A stretch of 63,935 nt of DNA, filler included, from Salisapilia sapeloensis CBS 127946 (taxonomy: Eukaryota; Protista; Oomycota): assembly GCA_023334545.1 (NCBI GenBank). It is 11 parts of 11 records of this genome, joined end to end, with 100 filler letters (N's around TTAATTAATTAA, not from the genome) between each part and the next. Parts side by side here need not be neighbours in the genome. Positions count along the whole stretch, not along the records: positions 1 to 6,665 come from JAADVB010000550.1; positions 6,766 to 9,656 come from JAADVB010000826.1; 9 more parts are not named here. The stretch is one strand, 5' to 3'. Shown in pieces: positions 1 through 9,756 of this stretch. The number at the start of each line of letters is the position of its first letter. The first letter of the stretch is position 1. Under the pieces are notes generated by a model. The model worked only from the letters and a program-made list of their open reading frames with translations, ran no database searches and was not told the origin of the DNA. A program made the translations under genes and the position numbers.

Positions 1-141
1 GGGCTCTTCCTCTTCAACCTGGCTTCAACGTAACTTCCAGAAAGCGCTTCCAGAAGCTCTCGAGCGTCGAAACGGAGCTTCTCGAAAAGAATCCCTCCTT
101 CTCTGCTTGTCTTTGTATCATCTCTGTGACCAATTTTCTTG
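1..141. repeat. Left arm of inverted repeat; 48-141 is the exact reverse complement of 6572-6665
   Basis: TTCCAGAAGCTCTCGAGCGTCG...GACCAATTTTCTTG (48-141) versus CAAGAAAATTGGTC...CTCGAGAGCTTCTGGAA (6572-6665), read base by base. Confidence 0.95.
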
Positions 142-222
142 GGCTTGAAGATTCAATTTAAATTGATTTAATTTGCAATTTCCAATTGATTTGCAGCTTA
201 AAATTGCAAAAGATCACTCTAC

Positions 223-1601
223 ATGGATATGAAGTCGCCACGTACTGCCTTCTTCTCTGATGCTGCGTGCGAAGGACACAATGTACTGGACCATCCAGAG
301 CAGCCTGAAAGAGCAAAGGTCGTGAGGGAGCGTATTCTCCAAGACTTCCCGTCGATTTACCACATCTCGGACGTTCCTCTCGCCACGGAAGAACAGATCC
401 TCCGCTTCCACACCGTTAAACATCTCAAATATATGCAAAAGCTATTTCGACAAGTTCAATCGAGTACAGATACGAAATGTGTGATCGATGAAGATACTGT
501 GGTGATGAATGGAACGGAGAAGGCAGCTTTAAAAGCTGCTGGCAGCGTCATCTCCGCCGTCGACATGCTCATGCGTCCTGATGATTCCTATCTGTTAAAT
601 GCCTTCTGCGGCATCCGACCACCAGGACACCATGCTGAGCCAGGGCGTGCCATGGGATTCTGCTACTTTAACAACGTCGCCATCGCTGCCTGCCATCTCC
701 TCGCCATGTACCCAGACGAGATCCACTCCGTCCTAATCTTGGATTTCGACGTCCACCATGGAAACGGTACACAGCATAAATTCGCACAAGAAGGCCAAGG
801 CGCCGTGCACTACATCTCAACGCATCAAGGACCTTTCTTCCCATACACTGGCAAGCGTAGCGAGCTTGGCACGGATCGAAATATCCTGAACCTACCTCTC
901 ATCTCCGGTACTCGCTCACGAGCCTATCGCCAAGTCTTTCTAGACAAGGTCGTGCCAACGATGCGTGCCTGCAAGCCGGACTTTATCTTGCTATCGGCCG
1001 GCTTTGATGGCCACGTGGCCGACCCGTTAGCAGATTTGCAATTAACAGCAGAGGACTACTACTTCATCACGCAGCACGCCGTGGCGGTGGCGAGCGTGTA
1101 TGCAAAGGGTCGTATCGTGTCTGTCTTGGAAGGAGGTGGGCTAGTGGCGTGAACAAATCGAACTCAATCATAGCGTACTTATTCTCTCGTTAGGCTATCA
1201 TCTGCAAGCACTTGCCGACAGTGTCTCGGCGCATGTGCGAGCGCTCCGGGAGGCGGGTGGATATGACACGTCAGACGGTGATGTGGAAGCGCTGACCGCG
1301 GCATTCGAGGCTCAAGCCCACGTCACGCCGGATGTACTTTGTCCTGATACGAGTGAATGTGCCTGTACTAATCCTATCCTAGCGCCTGCGCGTGGTGGTG
1401 CATTACGCGAACCAGTCGAAGCTGATCGTACTGGAGACACGGTCGCTGTCGCGTCTGTGGGCGCAGTGTCGTGATAAATTCCGTCTCCACCGGTCGAAAA
1501 AGAAGCCCGACCTCGGTCTGTACGACAAGCATGGCATCGTCATCTCTGAATCTGTTCTGTGCACGTTGGCGTCCGATAGCGACCTGTACCTGCGTCCATA
1601 A
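223..1601 (+). CDS. Class II-like histone deacetylase/acetylpolyamine deacetylase family protein, 3 exons (223-1135, 1194-1333, 1383-1601)
   Basis: Motifs HPEQPER, RPPGHHA, GFCYFNN, DFDVHHGNGTQ, SAGFDGH. Removing GT-AG intron 1136-1193 restores LEGGYHLQAL. Intron 1334-1382 (branch-like TACTAAT) joins an extra ~72-aa C-terminal segment. Confidence 0.9.
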
Positions 1602-1834
1602 CTGTCTGAACTCGTTTTTCCTCCCAACCCACGTGAGCCTTTCGCTGCAAATTCGGAAAAGAGAGACAAAATACACCTTCACGATTCGACGTTTGTGCAC
1701 CACTCGATACATGGGTACATCCCCCTTCGATGCTCGCCATTGAAACTGTTTAACAGCTCTTCAAGCTCCTTTCTGATAAGTCTCCCCCTCCGCTCTTGCT
1801 AGCACCACATTCGGATTTCCACTCCGGGACAAAC

Positions 1835-4800
1835 ATGTCGACCCAAGCTACTTCATCCAATCACTCATTGGCACCTCTTGCCATGGACGCGGCGACGAAT
1901 GATGCACTCGTCGAACGTAACAGCGCTACGCTGCACTTGGCTGATGGAGCAGCCTACTCCGGTTACTCGTTCGGTGCCCAAACATCTGTGAGTGGGGAAG
2001 TGGTCTTCAACACGGGTATGGTCGGGTACCCGGAGGCCTTGACGGACCCGTCGTACCGTGGCCAGATCCTCGTGCTAACGTACCCGCTCATTGGTAACTA
2101 TGGTGTCCCAGACATGAACGTCCAGGACGACTTTGGTCTGCCCAAGTTCTTCGAGTCGAGTGAAGTCCACATCGCTGGTCTCATCGTCTCGGAGTACTCG
2201 TTCCGTCACTCGCATTGGAACGCTGTCAAGTCTCTCGGCGAGTGGCTCCAAGAGCACAACATCCCTGCTCTCTTTGGCATCGACACGCGTATGATCACGA
2301 AGCGCGTACGCTCCCACGGCGCTGTACTCGGTAAGATCGAGTTCCCCGATCAGCCGGTGGACTTTGTCGACCCAAACGCCAAGAACCTTGTCGCGGAGGT
2401 GTCTCCGACTCAAGTCCGCGTCTTCAACCAAGGCGCGAACATCAAGATCATCGCCTTTGACTGTGGTATGAAGCACAACATCATCCGGTACCTGGCCAAG
2501 AAGGACGTCGAGCTGACGGTCGTGCCATACAACTACGATTTGCCCAATAGCGACCTCCAGTACGACGGTATCTTTCTCTCGAACGGTCCTGGCGACCCGA
2601 CGATGGCTGGTGAGACGATCGAGAGTCTCCGGTGGGCCATGGCACTCGAGCCGCCCAAGCCTATCTTCGGCATCTGTCTCGGGAACCAGCTCCTTGCGCT
2701 TGCGGCCGGCGCTAGCACGTACAAGATGAAGTACGGTAACCGCGGCATGAACCAGCCGTGTATCGACATGCGTACGACTCGGTGCTACATCACGCCGCAG
2801 AACCACGGGTACGCTGTCGACAGCAAGTCGCTGCCTGTGAATTGGAAAACATTCTTCATGAACGCCAATGACCACACGAACGAAGGTATTATCCACGAGT
2901 ACAAGCCCTTCTTCTCCGTCCAGTTCCATCCTGAGGCGTGTGGTGGTCCGACGGACACGGCCTTCCTCTTCGACATGTTCCTAGAAAAGGTCACTGGCGC
3001 GCCACCCAAGCTCACGCTCTTGGATACGTCCTTGTACGACCAACCTCGCTTTACCAAGGTATTGCTTCTCGGTTCGGGAGGTCTATCGATTGGTCAGGCC
3101 GGTGAGTTCGACTACTCTGGGTCGCAAGCCATCAAGGCGCTGCGGGAGGAAGGCGTCCAAGTGGTGCTGGTAAACCCGAACATCGCGACGGTCCAGACGT
3201 CCAAGGGACTTGCCGACAAAGTCTACTTCGTCCCAGTGCGTAGCGAGACCGTGTTGGAGGTGATTAAGAAGGAGAAGCCCGACGGTATTCTCGTGAGTAT
3301 GGGTGGACAGACGGCGCTCGGCGTCGGCATTGAGCTCTACATGAACGGCGACTTGGAGCGCTATAACGTGCGCGTCATGGGCACCCAGATCCCATCGATC
3401 ATCGAGACGGAGGACCGCGAGAAGTTCGCCGAGCGTCTGGCGGAGATCGACGAAACCATCGCGCGTAGCTACCCTGCCACGACGGTCGACGGCGCATTGG
3501 AAGCAGCCAACAAAATCGGCTACCCAGTCCTCGTCCGGTCTGCTTTTGCTCTCGGTGGTCTCGGCTCTGGCTTTGCTGCTAACGACGATGAGCTCCGTAC
3601 GCTCGCGACGAAGGCTCTGCACGGATCTGCGTCCAAGGGATCGACTAAACAGATCCTAATCGATCAGGACCTGCGTGGATGGAAGGAAGTCGAGTACGAA
3701 GTCGTGCGTGATGCCAAGGACAACTGCATCACGGTGTGTAACATGGAGAACTTTGATCCGCTCGGTATCCACACGGGCGACTCGATCGTCATCGCGCCGT
3801 CCCAGACGCTGTCCAATTCGGAGTACTTTAAGCTCCGTTCGACAGCGCAAAAGGTCGTTCGACACTTGGGCATCGTCGGTGAGTGCAACATCCAGTATGC
3901 TTTAGATCCGCACTCGGAACGCTACTGCATCATCGAAGTGAACGCTCGTCTGTCTCGTTCAAGTGCTTTGGCTTCCAAGGCGACTGGATACCCGCTCGCG
4001 TACGTTGCGACCAAGATCTCGCTCGGTATCGACCTCGTGAACATCAAGAACTCTGTGACGAAGACCACGACGGCGTGCTTCGAGCCGAGTCTCGACTATT
4101 GTGTTGTGAAGATGCCTCGATGGGACTTGAAAAAGTTCTCGCACGTATCGAATGACCTTGGTAGCTACATGCTGTCGGTTGGAGAAGTCATGTCAATCGG
4201 TCGGAACTTTGAAGAATGTATCCAGAAGGCCGTGCGGATGGTGAACCCGACACTCGATGGCCTTAGCGCTGACATCGTCGACAATGAGAAGGACACGAGC
4301 GTCATTGAAGACAGACTCCAGCACCCGACGGACGAGCGTCTATTCTACGTCATGGCTGCGCTCGACAACGGCTACTCGGTGGATCAAGTGCATGACTTGA
4401 CTAAGATCGACAGGTGGTTCCTGTCCAAGCTCAGCACCATCTCGTCCCTCCGCAAGTCGCTCACCTCCACCTCTCTATCGTCCATCAACGAGTTCACTAT
4501 GCGCCGACTCAAGGTCAGCGGCTTCTCCGATCGGCAGATCGCTGCTGGTCTCCCCGACGCACCGACGGAGATGCAAGTGCGCCAGCAGCGGAAGAGCCTG
4601 CGCGTCGTGCCGTGCGTCAAGCAGATCGATACGCTAGCTGCCGAGTTCCCGGCGCAGACTAACTACCTGTACATGACGTACGGTGGTCGGGAAGACGATG
4701 TGCCCATGAGCACGGACGGTGTCATGGTCCTTGGATGCGGAGCCTACTGCATCGGTTCGAGCGTTGAGTTCGATTGGTGCGCCGTGAGCTCCGTTCGATC

Positions 4801-6322
4801 GATCCGAGAGCTCGACAAGCCGGCGATCGTGGTCAACTACAACCCAGAGACCGTCAGTACGGACTATGACGAGAGTGACCGCCTCTTCTTCGAGGAGCTC
4901 AGTCTTGAGCGTGTGCTGGACATCTACGACCGGGAGAGTCCAGAAGGTGTCATCGTCTCTGTCGGTGGACAAATCCCGAACACGCTTGCCATGCCGCTGT
5001 ACCGTGCCGGATGCGAGATCCTCGGGACAAACCCGGAGAACATTGATCGGTGCGAAGACCGGAACAAGTTCTCCGCCTTGCTCGACACGCTCGGTGTCGA
5101 CCAGCCGAGGTGGAGCGAAGTCAAGGGCATGGACTCGGCGCTATCTTTCTCGGAAGAAGTCGGCTACCCTGTCCTCGTGCGCCCGTCATACGTCTTGTCT
5201 GGTGCCGGTATGATCGTCGCGTCTGACCGAGAGCAGCTGCAAGAGTACCTAAGCAGTGATGCTGTGAAGCTGTCTCGATCCATCAGCATCTCCAAGTTCA
5301 TTCTGAACGCCAAGGAGGTCGAGTTCGATGGTGTCGCGAGTGACGGTGCGATCTTGAACTACGCCATCTCAGAGCACGTCGAGAACGCTGGTGTGCACTC
5401 TGGTGACGCAACGCTCGTGCTTCCGGCGCAAAAGCTCTACGTCGGTACTATTAAGCAGGTGAAGCGTATTGCTAGTGCCATCGCTCACGCGCTTAATATC
5501 ACTGGACCCTTCAACATCCAGCTCATGGCGCGAGATAACGATGTCAAGGTCATCGAGTGCAACCTCCGCGCTTCGCGTACGTTCCCGTTCATCTCGAAGA
5601 CATTCGACTTGAACTTTATCAACCTCGCCACGAAAGCCATGCTCGGACTGCCTGTCAAGTCGGTCCCGATTGCTCTTGTGGATATTGACTACGTCGGTGT
5701 CAAGGCGCCGCAGTTCTCCTTCACTCGCTTGCACGGCGCAGACCCTGCCCTTGGAGTCGAGATGGCTTCCACTGGTGAAGTGGCGTGCTTTGGCACGGAC
5801 ATGCACGAAGCCTACCTCAAGGCACTTCTCAGCGCTGGTTTCAAGATGCCGAAGAACAAGCAGGCGCTCGTTTCTATCGGTAACGCGGAGCTCAAGACCG
5901 AGTTCGCGGAAGGCGCGCAGCTGCTGAAGCAAATGGGCTACACGCTGTACGCGACATCCGGCACGGCTGTTCACCTGCGTTCCAAGGGCATCGAGTGCGA
6001 AGAAGTTCGGAAGCCGAATGCTGCAGAAGACGATCTACGCAGCGCCACGGACCTCATCTCGTCTGGTCTCATCGACCTCGTCATCAACGTACCTGATGGA
6101 TCCAACCGCGAAGAGCTCTCGAACGGATACCTGATCCGTCGAGCTGCTGTCGACTTTGGCGTGTCGCTCATCAACAATGTCAAGTGCGCCGTGCTGTTCG
6201 CCCAAGCAATCCACAAGGTGCAGAAGCTCGAAATCTGCAACATCTCCGAGTACTACGCGATGCCGACCATGGGCTGGCGACCTGGTCAGAAGCTTTTGGC
6301 GCGCAAGATGTCCATTTGCTGA
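1835..6322 (+). CDS. CPS: Glutamine-dependent carbamoyl-phosphate synthase, fused small (GATase) and large subunit with C-terminal MGS-like domain
   Basis: 1.5-kaa intronless ORF with GEVVFNTGMVGYPE, LSNGPGDP, FGICLGNQ (catalytic Cys), QFHPE, GSGGLSIGQAGEFDYSG, two ATP-grasp halves. First ATG at 1835. Confidence 0.97.
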   Translation: MSTQATSSNHSLAPLAMDAATNDALVERNSATLHLADGAAYSGYSFGAQTSVSGEVVFNTGMVGYPEALTDPSYRGQILVLTYPLIGNYGVPDMNVQDDFGLPKFFESSEVHIAGLIVSEYSFRHSHWNAVKSLGEWLQEHNIPALFGIDTRMITKRVRSHGAVLGKIEFPDQPVDFVDPNAKNLVAEVSPTQVRVFNQGANIKIIAFDCGMKHNIIRYLAKKDVELTVVPYNYDLPNSDLQYDGIFLSNGPGDPTMAGETIESLRWAMALEPPKPIFGICLGNQLLALAAGASTYKMKYGNRGMNQPCIDMRTTRCYITPQNHGYAVDSKSLPVNWKTFFMNANDHTNEGIIHEYKPFFSVQFHPEACGGPTDTAFLFDMFLEKVTGAPPKLTLLDTSLYDQPRFTKVLLLGSGGLSIGQAGEFDYSGSQAIKALREEGVQVVLVNPNIATVQTSKGLADKVYFVPVRSETVLEVIKKEKPDGILVSMGGQTALGVGIELYMNGDLERYNVRVMGTQIPSIIETEDREKFAERLAEIDETIARSYPATTVDGALEAANKIGYPVLVRSAFALGGLGSGFAANDDELRTLATKALHGSASKGSTKQILIDQDLRGWKEVEYEVVRDAKDNCITVCNMENFDPLGIHTGDSIVIAPSQTLSNSEYFKLRSTAQKVVRHLGIVGECNIQYALDPHSERYCIIEVNARLSRSSALASKATGYPLAYVATKISLGIDLVNIKNSVTKTTTACFEPSLDYCVVKMPRWDLKKFSHVSNDLGSYMLSVGEVMSIGRNFEECIQKAVRMVNPTLDGLSADIVDNEKDTSVIEDRLQHPTDERLFYVMAALDNGYSVDQVHDLTKIDRWFLSKLSTISSLRKSLTSTSLSSINEFTMRRLKVSGFSDRQIAAGLPDAPTEMQVRQQRKSLRVVPCVKQIDTLAAEFPAQTNYLYMTYGGREDDVPMSTDGVMVLGCGAYCIGSSVEFDWCAVSSVRSIRELDKPAIVVNYNPETVSTDYDESDRLFFEELSLERVLDIYDRESPEGVIVSVGGQIPNTLAMPLYRAGCEILGTNPENIDRCEDRNKFSALLDTLGVDQPRWSEVKGMDSALSFSEEVGYPVLVRPSYVLSGAGMIVASDREQLQEYLSSDAVKLSRSISISKFILNAKEVEFDGVASDGAILNYAISEHVENAGVHSGDATLVLPAQKLYVGTIKQVKRIASAIAHALNITGPFNIQLMARDNDVKVIECNLRASRTFPFISKTFDLNFINLATKAMLGLPVKSVPIALVDIDYVGVKAPQFSFTRLHGADPALGVEMASTGEVACFGTDMHEAYLKALLSAGFKMPKNKQALVSIGNAELKTEFAEGAQLLKQMGYTLYATSGTAVHLRSKGIECEEVRKPNAAEDDLRSATDLISSGLIDLVINVPDGSNREELSNGYLIRRAAVDFGVSLINNVKCAVLFAQAIHKVQKLEICNISEYYAMPTMGWRPGQKLLARKMSIC

Positions 6323-6571
6323 TTGGATCAAGGCAGCAGACACTCCGACTCGTCCGGATGCCGCAGCTTGGATCGACTTAGATATCCTTTCTTTTATGCA
6401 TAAAGCCACGAGCAGGCTGAATGCGAACCGTTTCGTACCGAATCGACTTTTCTTGTTGTTCAGTGCCATGGTAGACATGTACTCGTAACTATTTATCGTC
6501 GAAGCGTATTTAATATACTTTGTATTTTGTTTTTTTATTTGTGTTTTATTTGTATTTTATTTGTTCAAGTT

Positions 6572-6665
6572 CAAGAAAATTGGTCACAGAGATGATACAA
6601 AGACAAGCAGAGAAGGAGGGATTCTTTTCGAGAAGCTCCGTTTCGACGCTCGAGAGCTTCTGGAA
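6572..6665. repeat. Right arm of inverted repeat (reverse complement of 48-141), running into the contig end
   Basis: Exact 94-bp match read directly. Confidence 0.95.
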
Positions 6666-6765
6666 NNNNNNNNNNNNNNNNNNNNNNNNNNNNNNNNNNN
6701 NNNNNNNNNTTAATTAATTAANNNNNNNNNNNNNNNNNNNNNNNNNNNNNNNNNNNNNNNNNNNN
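6666..6765. other. Artificial contig linker
   Basis: 44 N + TTAATTAATTAA (stops in all six frames) + 44 N. Confidence 0.99.
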
Positions 6766-6766
6766 T

Positions 6767-7639
6767 CTATGCTACTGCCTCGAGGGTGGGCTGCCATCTC
6801 GACGTTTGCCTGCTGTCGTCCGTCGACTGGTGATTCGCCGGGTCCAGGAGCTCCTCGAGCTGGTACACGGACCATAAACTACTCAGGCGCTGCGCACGCT
6901 CTTCGTACGTCGTCGGCACGCCTTCCGCCAGCACGAGGTCCTTCATCGCTTCCTCCACCGGCACCTTGGCGTCTCGACACCTGCCAAAACTGTCCGAGTC
7001 GTCACTGCTCTTGGTGCTCCGATCCGTGTCCGTCTGCGGCTGGTCGTGCCCCGACGCCAACTTGGAGCTGCCGCCGTGCGGCTCGAGTCGCTCGAGCTCC
7101 CGCGCCTTGGAGCTGTCGATGAATACCGGGATGTAGTCGATGGCCGCGTAGCTCTCGAGCGACAGCGACAGATTGATCTTGCTCACGATGGACCCGCCGA
7201 GCGGCTGGGCGCCGCGCAAAAGGAACTTCCGCATCACTTCCGACACTTGGTCGCCGCAGACACTGCACTTGGGCAGGTCGTTGAAAACCCTCGAGACGAT
7301 GAGCTTGATGAAGGTCTCGAGCGCCTTGACCCGCTTGCGCACCGTCGCGTTCGTCCGGATGAGCGTCTTGGGCGGGAAGTCGAACTGGAGGATGGCGAGC
7401 ACGAAGGAGTCGCAGGACGGACAGGAGCTGTCGCCGGACGTGAGGATGTCGATCAGGTCCTTCTTGAGCTGCAAGAACTGCGAGTAGCGACGGTTGACGG
7501 TCCACTCCTGGGCCGTCGGCTGCACCTTCATGCAGACGCTGTAGAGCGTGTGCGTCGGCCGGTTGAGCGCGGCCGGGATGAAGACGCTGACGCCGGTGGC
7601 CGTCTCGGGCGAAGGGGTCTGCATGTCGGTGTAAGTCAT
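6767..7639 (-). CDS. PX (Phox homology) domain protein
   Basis: HTLYSVCMKV...WTVNRRYSQFLQLKKDL...FDFPPKTL...VRKRVKALETFI matches the PX pattern RRYSxF...FPPK...R. ATG 7639, TAG 6767-6769. Confidence 0.85.
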   Translation of the reverse strand: MTYTDMQTPSPETATGVSVFIPAALNRPTHTLYSVCMKVQPTAQEWTVNRRYSQFLQLKKDLIDILTSGDSSCPSCDSFVLAILQFDFPPKTLIRTNATVRKRVKALETFIKLIVSRVFNDLPKCSVCGDQVSEVMRKFLLRGAQPLGGSIVSKINLSLSLESYAAIDYIPVFIDSSKARELERLEPHGGSSKLASGHDQPQTDTDRSTKSSDDSDSFGRCRDAKVPVEEAMKDLVLAEGVPTTYEERAQRLSSLWSVYQLEELLDPANHQSTDDSRQTSRWQPTLEAVA

Positions 7640-8119
7640 CAAATGTTACGTTTCGGACGCAGTCGGGCAGTCAGGGGCTTGCGGCATCCACGAGGGCTGC
7701 AGAATCCCTCAGTGGCGTCAGGACTGGCTCGTAGTAATCGAGCGACATTTCGCATGTGCTGGATGAGTAACACGGCGGATTGACGTCGGGGCAAGAGTAG
7801 AGGATGGTCGAATATTTGCGTTGATGGGGTCGAGCGCCGGAGCCGTCTCCTTTACTGGACAGCAGGGAGGAAGCTATCCGTTCGCGGGGGTAGGAAGGTC
7901 CAAGTTTCCATTCGGGTCGACTGGGAATATTCTCTAGTGCTAGTACTCGTGCAGATGAACTCGTTTACACGCATTGTCACCACCACAATCCGTATCTACA
8001 TGTACACACTACCTAGGCCGCACCAGTAGACCGAGACGCCTCCTCTCGGAGGAGCATGCCGAAGCCATCGGATGCAGACGAATCGCCCCGTCTCACATTC
8101 CCTCGCTCCTCGAAGCCGC

Positions 8120-9652
8120 ATGGAGCTCCTGCCGACGCTGCTCTTGGGCCTGGCCGCCGCGCTCTTCCTCGCGACGCAGTGCTACACGATGCTCGTGACG
8201 TTTGTCCGCGTCGCCCTCCACACGTACTTTCGGCGCATCCAGATCTGCGGCGTGAACAACCTGCCGAGGGAAGGGCCGGTCATCCTGTCGTCCGTGCACC
8301 CGAACATGCTCATCGACCCGCTGCTGGTGCTGTCCGAGTGCTCCAAGCTGGGTCGGCAGCCGTTCGTGTGGGCCAAAGGCTCTCTCTTCCAGCACCCTCT
8401 CGTCGCCTGGCTACTCTACAGGCTCGGCGCCGTGCCCGTCTACCGCCCGAGCAACCCGGAGAACAAGCTGCAGGACGTGGACTCGGACAAGTCTCCAGAC
8501 GAAATCGAGCGTGCGAATCGAGAGATGTTCACGCGCACGTGGGAGATGCTGGCCAAGGGCGAGGCCATGCTCTTGTTTCCGGAAGGCACGTCGTACACTG
8601 CGCCCAAGATGCTGTCGCTCAAGAGCGGCATCGTGCGTCTCGCGACGGGGTACGTGAAGAACTTTGGGGAGCCCATCCCGATCGTCCCGGTCGGCCTCAC
8701 CTACTTTAACAAGCAGCACTTTCGCAGTCAGATGGTGCTCGAGTTCGGCGCTCCGTACGTGATCCGCCCAGAGGACGTGTCGACCTCTGCGTTCGTCCAG
8801 GACGAGTTCCAGGAGGTGAAGCGGATGAAGCTGGCGCTGGCGGAGCGCATGCGGGGCGTGACGCTGAATGCAGATGACTTTGAGACGCTGCAGGTGGCTC
8901 GGATGATGCGGAGGCTGTTCGTCAAGGGCGTGATCGAGGTGAACAAGGAGGTTCGTCTGACGCAGCGGATCATCGACGTGCTGGAGGCGGACTCGGCGGA
9001 CGACGAGAAGAGTTTGCGAGTGAAGAGCATCAAGGACAAGGTGGAGAGGTACGAGGAGGCGTTGAGCAAGCTGCGGATCAAAGACCGAGACCTGGTGTTC
9101 CCCGTGACGAAGGACTCGGCCGCCAAGCTCTTCCTGGAGCGCGTGCTCTATCTGTTGGTGCTCCTCCCGCTCGCCACGCCTGGCCTAGTGCTCTACTCGC
9201 CCTACTTTTTCGTCGGGAAGAAGCTGAACAAGATGGCAGGGTACATCGAGTCGAGGTCGCAGTTCAAGATCTTCGCGGCCATCTTCCTCGTCCCTCTCCA
9301 CTGGCTGCTTCTCATCTTCCTGACGTGGTACTTGTACGGCTCGAGCTCTGCCTGGACGCTGGCGATGCTCCTTCCGTTCCTCTACTACTCGCACATTCGG
9401 GTGCTGGAAGAGAGTCGGGGCGTCCTCGAGCACATTGTCTTCCTCTTCACCATCGCGAGGCACTCGGCAAACGTCGAGACGCTTCGAAAGGAGCGAGAGA
9501 TGCTCCGGCAAGACGTGCACGACTTCCTCTCGACCTACCTGGACGCCGCCTTCCTGGCCGACATCAGCAAACAGTCTTCTGGATCAAAGCACCCGACCAC
9601 CCACAACATCATCCACCGAACCACTTCCTCCAGCGATGCATTATATCGATAG
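8120..9652 (+). CDS. Glycerol-3-phosphate/dihydroxyacetone-phosphate O-acyltransferase (PlsC superfamily, fungal Gpt2/Sct1-like)
   Basis: HPNMLIDP (HxxxxD), LGAVPVYR, LLFPEGTS, IPIVPVGL motifs; N-terminal and C-terminal hydrophobic segments. Confidence 0.88.
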   Translation: MELLPTLLLGLAAALFLATQCYTMLVTFVRVALHTYFRRIQICGVNNLPREGPVILSSVHPNMLIDPLLVLSECSKLGRQPFVWAKGSLFQHPLVAWLLYRLGAVPVYRPSNPENKLQDVDSDKSPDEIERANREMFTRTWEMLAKGEAMLLFPEGTSYTAPKMLSLKSGIVRLATGYVKNFGEPIPIVPVGLTYFNKQHFRSQMVLEFGAPYVIRPEDVSTSAFVQDEFQEVKRMKLALAERMRGVTLNADDFETLQVARMMRRLFVKGVIEVNKEVRLTQRIIDVLEADSADDEKSLRVKSIKDKVERYEEALSKLRIKDRDLVFPVTKDSAAKLFLERVLYLLVLLPLATPGLVLYSPYFFVGKKLNKMAGYIESRSQFKIFAAIFLVPLHWLLLIFLTWYLYGSSSAWTLAMLLPFLYYSHIRVLEESRGVLEHIVFLFTIARHSANVETLRKEREMLRQDVHDFLSTYLDAAFLADISKQSSGSKHPTTHNIIHRTTSSSDALYR

Positions 9653-9656
9653 GCAA

Positions 9657-9756
9657 NNNNNNNNNNNNNNNNNNNNNNNNNNNNNNNNNNNNNNNNNNNN
9701 TTAATTAATTAANNNNNNNNNNNNNNNNNNNNNNNNNNNNNNNNNNNNNNNNNNNN
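9657..9756. other. Artificial contig linker
   Basis: N-TTAATTAATTAA-N, 100 nt. Confidence 0.99.

Noticed and set aside
1711-1753. Short upstream ORFs before CPS (MGTSPFDARH*, MLAIETV*) as an arginine-attenuator-type uORF
   Set aside because: No resemblance to the fungal arginine attenuator peptide and no evidence they lie inside the transcript leader
2075-6478. Long antisense and alternate-frame ORFs over CPS; likewise 45903-47027 over GOGAT, 7046-7783, 22230-22904, 29804-30595, 38988-39389
   Set aside because: Shadow ORFs expected from biased codon usage on the opposite strand; no motifs
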